Source of the DNA: Raillietiella orientalis | Lineage: Eukaryota | Length of the DNA: 64,000 bases | Assembly (NCBI GenBank): GCA_036172245.1 | Contig: JAYWIR010000033.1 | Location: 1,984,001-2,048,000, forward strand | Direction: 5' to 3' | Shown: in pieces, positions 12,301-24,300 of the stretch | Numbering within the stretch: position 1 is the first letter of the stretch | Layout: every line of letters starts with the position of its first letter | Translations under genes and position numbers: made by a program | Notes under the pieces: generated by a model | What the model was told of the DNA's origin: nothing | Seen by the model: the letters and a program-made list of their open reading frames with translations, nothing else | Database searches by the model: none

Positions 12301-15300
12301 CAGGAAGGACTCGGAGTCCGCTCCTCTAGCGCCTGGGATCCCCGGAAATGGAGATCACCTCCACCCTGGTTGTCTCCGAAGAGGGATCCTGAAGGAAATC
12401 CCCTTCCTTATTCTCTCCGGAGGACCCCCGGGAGGATCTGCTCCATTCTTCCTTCTCCGAGGGGAACCCGGAAAGGATCCGATCTTTGGAATTTCTTCTC
12501 GGGAGGGATCCCCCGCAAGGGATCCGCTCCTGTTTTTACTCCTCGGAAGTGAACCCAGAAGGGACGCTTCGGAAATTCAGAAGGACGCAGCTTCCCCGAA
12601 AGGGTCGGCTCGCTTCTCTGCACTCTCTGGAGAAGGGGTGGCGACACACCTACTCCATCAGTACGACTTGGAGGGTTTCTCCGGGAAGAGGGGTCCGCTC
12701 CTTCTCAACCGGAGGGGAGAGATGGACTTTCATTTGTCCCGGCCCTCTTCGGGGGCATCCGGTTTCAAATGCCGCCAGTGCCGCACCCGGATGAATGGAG
12801 GTCATCCAGCGTCATTTTGCGGGATGAACTCGGAACCCACGACGCACTGCGTCGATTCCTTTCGGGGTTTTCGAACCCACGACGCTTGGTGGTGCCTCGG
12901 GCGGAGACCACCGTAACCACACGGTTTCCGACGAGGGCTTCGAAATCACGGCTTTCGAACCCAGAGGAGTAAAATTGGGAATCAGTTTCGCCTTCCTCGA
13001 GACCTTGGAACCTGTCATCCAAACAGTCTTGGTAGGAAGTGCAACAAATAATTTTGCATCTTCCGGAAAGTCATCCCAAACTTTGTCCTCGTGTTGCAGC
13101 TCACACTAGCATGACGAAAACAAACCATCGAGGATTAAAGCGACGGCCAAAATAAGCCCATGGAGTTGGCACAAGAAAGCTGGGTTTGCGCACAGATGGT
13201 TTTTTAATCTTGATGCGAAGAGAGCGGTATTTTTTATGGAGGCAAATGCATCTTCAGTCAGAAGGACCGTAAGATCCTGCAGATTCTGAGAGGACTAAAC
13301 CTTGTGCGCTCTGCTGTCTCACTCAACCACGGGGGCATCGATCTCAATTCATTTTCATGTTTTACAGCGGGAAGAAAAAGTTTCCATCTCTTAACCCGCG
13401 AGCGAAACTGCTATTGAATGTAAGAACGAAGTCGATTCGACCGTCGCAACCACATCTCCCCGATTTGTGTAACGCAAAGTAAATCGACAAATTGTGTGGG
13501 GACAAACGGGGCAACGTTGGCTTCGACTTTAATCATTGCGGACGGGGTTTCAGGAGGCTGAAGAATATCCTTCGAGACGCCACCCGCATTTCTTTCTTTG
13601 TAGGCTTTGCCTTCAGGGCTGCTTCAGTCTGCAGATATGGACGCACGTGTTATTCAAGCCAACGGTGTTTGTGAGGAAACGGAAGCAAACTTAGTGAAAG
13701 ACATGTTATGACCCTTGAAGGGTAGGAAAAGTCAGGACCGAACAATAGATATTCAAATAGCCCCCCCCCCCGTGTAGGGGCTCAACGCAACTCGAAGGTT
13801 GGGCACTTTAGGAGAATTTATACGCCGTTCGCAAGAAACTACGTTGCAGGAATCTTCTTTGAAACGTGCTTCCGAGGAGCAGAATAAGAAAGTGCGCAGC
13901 ATCCCATACAAGCGGAATTCCTCCCAACTCTCTTCAGCCCAGAGAATAAAATCCAAGCATTAAAAGCATTAAACGATACCTTTGGAGAAAGTACTCTCCA
14001 GATTTAGCATTGGCATGTGATACACGAGAAGAGCGACTGGATGGAAGATTCGCTCTTTTCTGAGCCACTGTAGCGAAAAATCGAAGTCAGGAGGGAGGAG
14101 TGTTTTGAAGTGTGGACCCAACATTGCATCCGTTATTAAGACTGCTGAGATATACTAAACCTAAGTCTCTCTTCACAGAATACCCAAACAGAATCTGCAA
14201 AAGTTCTGGCAAGAAACTCTGGCAGAGAAAGCTGAAGGATGGCGGATGCTCAAAATACGATGGAAAGTCCGCATCAGTCCAAACTGATGGAATCTAGTCG
14301 GTCCACGTTGCTATGCCCTGGTCGATGGGCCTCTAGAGTACTATCCGTCCTCAGCCGAAGATCATCCGAGATGCCCTCGGAGCACGGAGAAACATTCAGT
14401 GAGATCCGCAAACAAGAACCTACCCACTTCATCACAAGACTCCATCGACCACTTTGTTTGCGATGTAACCCATCCTGAGTTCGTAGGTGTAGGCAACGCC
14501 CACGTTTGGCCTACTCCGGGGAGAAAAACGTGAATCTCTCGAAATCCCTTCGTCCGTGGATACCTGCGCTCCTTCATCTACTCTGCCTTGAGGGCCGCAA
14601 ATAAGCAACAAGGAAGAAAAGTTCTGCTGATGTGGACAGAAGCGAAAATTCGGCATTTGGCACCGACAGAATGAACTGGAAGACGTTCAAGTCCTTTGGC
14701 AAGGTCGGATAGGTTGAAGCGCGTCTGTCGCACCATCCTGTGCCGCGACCTTGACCTTTTCGACCGTGGTGTGGTGAGAGGGAAGGGTTTCGAGCAAGCA
14801 TATTTGACTGATCTGCCGCGTGCGAAATGTTCTGCAGGTGGTCGCATCGGTTGCGACATTTTGTCTTTGGTTTCTTCGGATTGAAGCCGAAGGGCGGGGG
14901 GTCAAGCTGTGGAACATGCTGTGGAATGGCACGGATTGCACAAAAGTATTCGCCCCCGGAAATTCCATAAGGTTCCACTGCAGGTTACTTCCACCCGACT
15001 CATTTGCATTGAGCCGGTTTTGGAACTTTGTACTCAACGAATCCATTAGGCTCTGTGGATGCGGTCTATTGGGAACAACCGAAACTTCGTCCGACGTTTA
15101 TTCTGTAGTCCGATTCTTCTTAGCGGAGAACATTAGCGAGAGCGGAATTGATTTTTGATTCGATTTGCCAAGTTTTTGATACCCCGCGGACATTTGCCAT
15201 GCAAGGAGATCTCCCTCGCCCTTGAGTTCAACGTGACCTCTGAAGTCTTATGCAACAGCTTCGCTTTCTTGAGAGGTGGCTTGTGAGCTCAGGCAGCCTC

Positions 15301-18300
15301 GGGTTACACAGCTGAGTTGACCCGTCATGGAAAGAGAAACAGTTTCTACCCACGCACGTACCGCGTGTAAGCCTCGGAAACCAGTTTTGGGAACCGCTGC
15401 CCGATAACTGGAGCAGTGACTGGTGACTTTATGAGTGCCCAGCATGTTCCAGGAACGCGAGTTTTCAAGGGATTCTATCTCTTTCACCCACTGACCCTCT
15501 TTGACTTTGGAGGTAGCAAAGCAAGACCTCAGAGCACAGGCACCCACCCACGGGGGTAGTCAAAATTAGTCGCTCAGCACTCAGTGGATGCGAGAAGAGA
15601 AAGTTGAAAATGGAACTACCAAGAGATGCAAGTGAAGGATGGCAGATCTGGTAAAGGATATCGCTGCAGCGCTTGTTGCAGGTTTGCCACACGCATCGAA
15701 GAATCCGAAGGTGGCCGAGAAGATGGCTCTTTCGGTGATGGAAAAATCGGGAATCTCTCATTCGCATGCCAACCCGGAAACCAAAGCTAATTGGGTGCTT
15801 TTGAAAGTGGTAAAGTCAGGCTTAGTAAGCCATGTTTCCCCAAAGGGAAGAGCGCGCTACCGAGGAAACCATGCGAGTGCGCGCGTTATGTGCTTACCAG
15901 GTATGAGCATGGATCCCGACTCGTTGGTCCAGAAGTTTATTGATTCCGGATACGCCTCGCTGTAGCATGAGATCGTGGCGTCTTCGTTCAGGTAAACGCC
16001 TTCCCTCTGGTTTTGCACCCATATCATCGGTGGAACTGCAAAATCACAGACTAGGCTTCAAGGAACCAAATAGAAGATCAGGCAGAGAGCCATCTTAGGC
16101 AGGTGAAAGGAGGAAAAAAATAGTTTCTCTCATGTAACAGCAAAGATTGCAGGGGGGGAACAGCGGCTTTCTTTCAGGCAGGACCACGCTTCATGTCTTG
16201 TCAGCACGCAAAGATGCATGGTTCGAGTTGGATGGGATTCAGCAAAGAGGAGGACTTCCGTGGAAACTTCATCACGGGAAGTGCCTTCGGGAATCCTCAA
16301 TGTGCGGTTTCAACGCACGCTTTTTTCCTCACGGTGTTTGATCAGCAGTTCACACTTTCAGTCGAGGAAGATTCCGGATGTGAGATGAAAAGAGAAAGTA
16401 GTGCGAAGCGTCTTCCGACGTGAAAAGAAATCCCAAGAGATGAGTTCGATAAAATAATGCCTCACCCTCGAAAAGATTCGGAAACACGAACTATCAGATT
16501 GAAGAAGCTGAGAGTGAGGTTTCGCAGTGAATCACTGGTTGCGTGAGAGTGCATTGCGATAGCGGATAAACGTGGCTTTTGAGTTGCCAGGTAAAAGAAA
16601 TGCCGCTCATCTGGAAGACCACTTGGAAATTCACGGAAGGCCTGCAATGGAATTTGCATTCCGTGGATGGAGAGTAGAAGAAATTCGGCGTTGTTCCCGA
16701 GTGACGTTTCATCAGAGTCGTCACAGGGAACGAGTTGATGGGAGCATCTTTGGCCATCTTTATCATTCTTTTCTACTGAAGGGAAACTGCTGTCTTTCCT
16801 CACGTCTCTGCCGCGGGTCTCTGCAGGGCGGCTCTGCAACCCGGATTCGCTCTGGAACCCGGTTTATCGGCTTGCAAGATGATTGCTTCTTCAAAAAGAA
16901 ACGGAAAGTAATTTGCTTCCGACGCTCGAAGCAGAGCGTCTCAAATCCAGAAACGGAGACAGCGTCCCAGAGAAGAATAGCTGGAATCACTTCTCTGTCG
17001 GAATTGCTTCCTCTTACTGTTGACTTGAGAGATCATCGAAAAGCCGTTCAGTGTTCATTTCCCATGCAAGTTCTGAAATGCCAGAGGACAGCAAACTGGA
17101 CAGTTTGCCAGGGGGGTGCGCGACCCCTGCACCCAAGTCCGGCTACTGTTGCCGTTGCGCGGCAGAAGAACCGAGAGCTCTGGCCACGCCGCTCAACAGA
17201 ATCGCATGGCCCCTTGAGCAGACGCAGTGTCTCGGCGACAAAGTGGCAGCCCGTGTGATGCACCTCATCAATGAGCCGATTTCTCGTTCCCAGAGCCAAC
17301 GGGAATGCCATCACCCTCTGCAAACACCTGGCTTGATGACACATTTTCTCCAGAGAACGGAAGCTCCCGAGCAAACATCAGGCTTCTTCTTCGGTTGAGA
17401 TTGTGTGCCATGTTGGCTGGAAACAACCGCCTGCCTTCTTCAGGAAACCCTTTCTCTTTATTTACCCTCCAATGCTGCTTCCTTCAAAACCCAATCCTCA
17501 TCACTTTTCTGGAACGGCTTTCCAGCCCGAGAAATCCCAGGCATGCGCACTGCAGTGCCGTACGCATCCTCGACGCGTTCGCGTGGAATGCGAGCGAGGA
17601 CGGCGACGGTACTTGATTGTTGTAAACTGTACACCTTTAAGCGTATGCGTACACATATGCACGCATGAAGGGGTGGCACCTTTGCTCCGCACAAGGTCCA
17701 AGGGTGACGACTCTTCCGCCTACGCAGCACCAACCGGAAGTTTCGGACGAAAGAAAATTTCACTTCCTCCTCCGTGCACGGGAGCAGTGTTCTCATTCCC
17801 GATTCTCCTTCTGGAACCGATAGTCCTCTGCCACTCGGATGGACAGAGACTGCGTTCCTTCCGGCCTGCCGTTTGCCGCAAGAGCAAGGAGAGTTTTCGA
17901 AGCTCCTCAGATTCCATGAAAGGTGTGAGAAGGAATAAAATAATTCGGATGTGATAGTCACTTTAGAATGCCACTGCACTTTGCGATTCTTTCTGTGGGA
18001 ACGCAAACTGTCAGCGATCGAGAAATAGAATTGTGGTTCTTTATAGAGACCATAACAATTTTCAGCTGCTTCAGTCTACTTGCAAGTGCGTCTCGCGAAC
18101 GATAAACACCAGAAGTCCGTTGCATTAGTTGCACGTGTGTGTGTTGGGATCCTATCCTTCTTGATGCGGTTTCCGTTTTTCCATCCCTGTGGAAGACTTT
18201 CAGGGAGCGGTTTGTCGTTCCTCCCCATCCCCGTAATAAATCATGGGGAATCTCTAAAATAAAGCAACTCTTGCACTCTTCCAGAGGAAGGCGTGCTCTA

Positions 18301-21300
18301 CCAAACAGCCATTTGTCGTCAAGCAATAGCGATGGTGAGTAGAATCTCTGCTGGAAGATTAGAAGTTTCAGTTCGTGATCACTTGCCGTAGGGGAGAGAT
18401 TGCTGAACCCCGATGAAAATCCTGCACGGCCACATCCGTACGGGCAGGCGCGACCAGCAACAGCAGGGATGATGGATGATGGAAATCCTTCTTTTCTGTC
18501 TTCGCACTTCTTCGACACGGTTCCACGTCACGCGAGGGTGGGTAATTCTTCAAGATGGGGGTACCCCGGCAGGGGTCCGCTTTATGAATACAGGGAGGAC
18601 TCGGAGTCCGTTCCTCTAGCGTCTGGGATCCCCGGAAATGGAGATCACCTCCACCCTGGTTGTCTCCGAAGAGGGATCCTGAAGGAAATCCCCTTCCTTA
18701 TTCTCTCCGGAGGACCCCCGGGAGGATCTGCTCCATTCTTCCTTCTCCGAGGGGAACCCGGAAAGGATCCGATCTTTGGAATTTCTTCTCGGGAGGGATC
18801 CCCCGCAAGGGATCCGCTCCTGTTTTTACTCCTCGGAAATGAACCCAGAAGGGATGCAGCTTCCCCGAAAGGGTCGGCTCGCTTCTCTGCACTCTCTGGA
18901 GAAGTGGTGGCGACACACCTACTCCATCAGTACGACTTGGAGGGTTTCCCCGGGAAGAGGGATCCGCTCCTTCACAGCCCGAGGGGAGCTCCCACTTCTT
19001 GATTCCTGGAAGGACCCGGAGGTCGATTCCCATTTGTCCCGGCCCTCATCGGGGGCATCCGGTTTGAACCGTTCCCAGTGCCGCACCCAGATGAATGCAG
19101 GCCAACCAGCGTCATCTTGCGGGATGAACTCGGAACCAACGACGCACTGCGTCGCTTCCTTTCGGGGTATTCGAACCCACGAGGCTTGGTGGTGCCACGG
19201 GCGGAGACCACCGCAACCACACGGCCTCCGACGCGGGCAGCAACAGTAGCGATTGAACAGAGTCAAAAAGGTTCAGTCTGAAGGGACGGAACACAAAGTG
19301 ATTTCAAGATAAGTGACACTGTCGCATTTTTGTTTTCCTAAAAAAATAATGAGAACACCATCCTCGATTTCTGCACATCCCACGATTCCACTGCTGGGCA
19401 GAACTGTGATCTGTCGGTTCCTTTCCATTCGAAGATGTGAAGATCGCCAAACAAACACGTGGTTTCCTAATTCGGTTTTCAATGTGATTCTTTCTATTGA
19501 TGAATTCTTGGAGTAGTCAGAAATGATTTATGAACAGGTGTCGCGTACAAGAGCCCCTGGCTCACACGTGAGCGCTCAATGAGCTGCCCGTTCTCAACAT
19601 GCTATTAACGAGCAGCTCCCGATGGAGCAGCCGCGCCAATCATCTGCATAACTCGGAAGGAAAAAGATACCAAACATGAGGAGACAGTGGATATCTAATG
19701 CGAAAATAATAGCCTCATTGAGCAAGACACGCTGATCAGCTGATTAGGGAATCGTTCTGCTAAGTAACAGTCAGCTTCCGAGAGAAACTGTGATAAACCC
19801 AGTCGGATTGCCGCATCGCGTTTCTAATGAGGGAGCTCGGGAAGATTTGATTCCGAGATTCCAAGGAAAACTTATTGGCAGAGCAAGCAGAAATCCCGTT
19901 GCCTCCTGTATCTCGAGCCTCGCGCTGCAGGCCGCGTTGTTACGAAGTAACTTTTTTTTTTATTTCTTTTTTTTTTTGTTCCGGCTACTTCACCATTCTT
20001 TTTCTTCTTTCCATGGAGACGTGTGCTCCGTGCAGCTGGTCACGGGCTTGAAGTGCCACCACAAAGAGTCACGATGTGCTCTTCCGTCTTCTTAACAGCC
20101 ACAAATTCGTGTTTTGTTCTGGTTAGGGGTTCAGCCTTCCCTTCTTCCCATCTTGTAGGTTTTGATCCAACTTAGTCAAAATCACAGCGAAGGTGGAATG
20201 TGTAATTCCCCTCCCCCCCTTCCACCCCTGACACAGTCGAGCTCGCCCTTCATGGCATTCACATTCCGGATTCGCTGTAGGGACAGTTCCGCATATCTTT
20301 TATAGCATCATCTGTTGATTTTCGCGACCGGCATCGTAGGCAAAATAAAGAACGAATGCAGAGAGCATCTCTGATACCATGTATCAAGAGATGGAGGTAC
20401 GACGCGAAAGGAAGTCAGCTGAAAGGCAGAAAATTGGGAAGGCGGCACCGCACGTTTGAGAGCTGAGGATCACGTGATAAAAAAGAGAGACGATGGTGAG
20501 GACGGGTGCGAAACCGGTGGATGCATCTAAAGCTTCCAATAGAATCAAAAGGGACTTATTTGCTACCCATCCATCTACTGTCACTGTACCGGTGCTCTCG
20601 AGTCATAGTAGCTGTGCATTTTGTACACGGTTTCTGCTAAGGGAAACGCGGATTTCCGAACCGCATTTTGCTTCATCGTAAAGAAGCTCAAAAAAGGAAA
20701 AGCGGTCATCTGAGGGCAAAGTTACTTCCGAACCACTCTTATTCTATGGCATGAGCCGTGCGTCAAATCCCTCATGCTCCCCCTCACAGCCTTCCTCACT
20801 CTCCGAACCCCCTCGTTTTCAGGTTTTTCAGCTGCAGCTGTACCAAAGGAAAGATCATTCCAAACTGCGATCCCCACCGACCACTGCGGACCGATCGCCG
20901 CGAACTCATGGCTGCAAACGGAGCGTTGCCAACGGACCACTGCATCCGATCATCGTGAACGCATGGCTGTGGACGGATCGCTGCCAGCCGACCACTGCGA
21001 GCTACCTTCCGATTACACGTGGCAGAAGAAATGGCAGCGAAGCGTGGAGCGGATTTTACGCGCACGCAGCATCCTCGAATGCACCGGCCGCTCTCACCTG
21101 GTGGGAAGCAAGGCTGAGGGCCATTGGCGAATCTCCAGTCTGCGCGCGCGGTGGTGAAGTCCAGCGGGTCGTGATTTGGGGCCCGGTACCCTGGAAACGC
21201 TAAAGCCACGGAAGGTCGCCTCCAAATCTTTGGTCGCTGGAGCTGGCGCCTCGCATAGGATGCAGAGATTCGCGATCTGCAGCGGAGGCACGTTTGCCTC

Positions 21301-24300
21301 ACCAAGGACGACTTCTTCAAGGAATTCAAAGAAACACTTCTTCTTGAGACATTTGAATTCTTCCTGGAGGAATTTCTTCCCTTTCTTGAAACGGTATTTT
21401 GAGCTTCTTTTCATGATGTTAAAGCAAGTTTTCTGGTGTTTGGTGTTTGGGATTGCCAGAGGCGTTCTCTTTTAGAAACCCGCATTCCACGAAGTGTGCT
21501 GAGGCACGAGTTTGCTGGCCTGGCACAGAAAATCACATGGAAAATTCGATCTTCCGATTTGCATGGGATGAAGCTCCAGACAAGTTCTGTGGTTTGTCTG
21601 GAGCTGCCAGCAGCTGTTTTCCGGAAGCACTCGGTGTTTTTTTCCAAGCCGTGCATCCAAACAACCTCAGCAAGATTCCTTCACTTTTGCTGCGCACATG
21701 CAGCAAAAGTAAGAGAATGCTGACTCGCTGTTATACGAAGCTGTACTTGTACCATATCTTGCACTCATGGCTATAGCCCAAGGAAAGGTGTTGAGGCGTT
21801 TCCGATATACCACCAGAGTTGGGAAGCAGAAATAAGTGCTCTTAAAGGTTAAATAAAGGTTCGTTCAACTTCAGCAGCTCTGTGCAAACATTCGAGATGG
21901 CAATTTTAGCAGCTTCTTTCCAGAGACTTCCTTCGCATCCGAGGATCCAACCACAGCGCATTAAGCCACGCTGAAGAGCAAGCGGATATCGCTATCTCGG
22001 AACATGGGTCTCGGTCTCTTAGGTACGAGAAGGAGCTGCAAACCAAGAGAGCTACTTACACTGCACTTTGATGACCAGTTTTCTGGAAACTGAAGGAGGG
22101 ATGCCGTTCGTTGCTATGCACAAGTACGCACCCATATGGAGACGGCTGATCTTTGTTATGTTTAAGTAGTCACCCTTGGCCACTTGCACTGCAAAGAAAA
22201 CAGCGTTGATAAGCTTTCGTTCTTTACCATTCGTCTTTCAACATATCGCGCCTCTTTTATTACTCAGAAGAGAAGGCTATTTTGTCCATCATTAAGATAC
22301 GGTTGAAATGATTACAATGACTGAAAGATGCGGAATCAAAAATCCTATGGAGCGGTTTTGAATTTTGGGAAAAAGCTCGCAAGTGTGGACGTCTCGAGGG
22401 GGCGAGAATCAAGGCCTTGGTCAGGTTTGTCCCACATATGAGGCCGTGCACTTCCAGCACTAACGTACACAGAGGTCAGTGATCCACGCTGGTGCACCCT
22501 TTTTCGTTTCGTATGCTTACGTGAACGGCTTCGGATCAATGTGTACGCACAGTCATCAAATGGTGCACCAGGGACAGCAATACTGACACTGCAGAGGTTA
22601 TCTGTGGCTGAAAATCAACCTCATTCTCATGAATTCAACAGACACGTGAGTTCAAATGATTTTTTTTTTCTTTGTATTTTGAGCCTATGTCAAACAGAGT
22701 TGATGATAACGTTCAGTTGGTGATTTTCATTAAGAAGAGTTTGTCGGAGGAATTCCCTTGATATTTTACTGCCACTGCTCCAGGCCATGCCATTCTGGAA
22801 AGCTGATCAGCGTTTCCTAAACAGGAAGAGCCTGCTCGAAATATCCCTCAATTTCCACGTGGCAACTCCTCGCCATAGCACTGACCGAGAGTGGAAGATG
22901 GAATAAGGTGAATCTCCCGTCGCCTGAGATCACTCAGATAAAATTGCGCGTAGGAAAATATGGGGATGGTGACTTCTGACTCGATAACCTTTCGAATTTC
23001 GAAATTTTCAAGAGAGCAAAACCGATTTCAATTCCCAATTCAAAGTAGGAAAGGCGCTGCCAGTGAGCTAAAAATAGACAAGGTCATCAAGGTCAGAAAT
23101 CTCAAGTTGGAGCAGTGGCAGAAACCACTCAGAAAGTAGAAATGAGCTTTTTTTTAAGTCGGATGGAACGGACCGCGTGTGGCCAATCCGCGGTGAGAAT
23201 GCCTGAAAAGTTGAGGAACCCTCAAAGTATTTTCGGATTTCATCTCTTTCGGACGCTCTTCTTTTGCTTCGATGTTCGTTTGCGTGCATTGGTAGCGAAG
23301 TAGAAATCTGTTATTCCAATAGGGCAATGCTTTCTAACCATCAGGACGTCCTTGAACTTTCTTTCCCACCAAGCAGCCCTTCTCTCGAAGCTTTCTTTTG
23401 CTTCAGAGGACAACTCACGCAGATAGCTTTGATTCTGCACCCTACATCTCTGCTCACAAAAGATTGAACCCCTTCTGAAAACAAACGATCTCTTGTCCAT
23501 TATTAGCTCAAGATCCTCTGGAACCTTGACACGGCATTCGGTTCCGGCAACATTTCCGGATCTGCCTTCTGGCACTCTCCGAATTTTCAAGGCAGCTTCG
23601 GGCGGTCTCCGGGTTTCTGGAAATGTCAACAGCAGGAGAAGGAATCATTTTTTGTTGTGAGAAGAAAAGCTTAGCTTCTCCGTCACTGGGTTTGGGACGG
23701 AGCTTTCTCAGATGGAGCTTTTCACCCATATGCCTCCTCCTTCTTGCATTATATGACCATCATTTGCCTTCCCTGTCTTCCACTTCATTATTGCCCTCCC
23801 CCCTCCTTCCCCACTCCCCTCCTTTTCCAAGCTGGGATTAATTAAACGAGTGGAAGCCTTTGCAGGAACGGAACGTCGCAGTGGCCGCACAAAGCATCCA
23901 GCATCATCGCCGAGGGCAGGAACGATTCGATCACACACCGAAATCGTCTTTTCGGGAAATCAGTGCAGAGATCTCTTGAAAACAGAGCTTCACTTCTTCA
24001 AGAAGTTGTCCAGGAAATACAACTGCTTAGTTGGATTTTGAAATGATGCGTACGACCTTGCAGAAAATCGAGGAAAACGAAAGCCTGCGGTGAGGTCATC
24101 CGCGGATCAGCGGACGAGCAAGACGAACGTCCTGATTTCGATGATTAATGGAATACGAGGGGACAAATGGGGGTTCCGGAAGTTTTGACTTGAACTCATC
24201 AGATACAAGTAGCAGAACACGCAGAGGCGATTTTTCACTCCACAGCATGTTTTTCCCTAGTATCCAGGAAAAAATTCATCCATTTCATTTGGTACAAACA

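Noticed and set aside
14900..14980. Minus-frame GEYFCA resembling an Ig YxC strand
   Set aside because: An isolated short match with no other Ig features or fitting splice sites.
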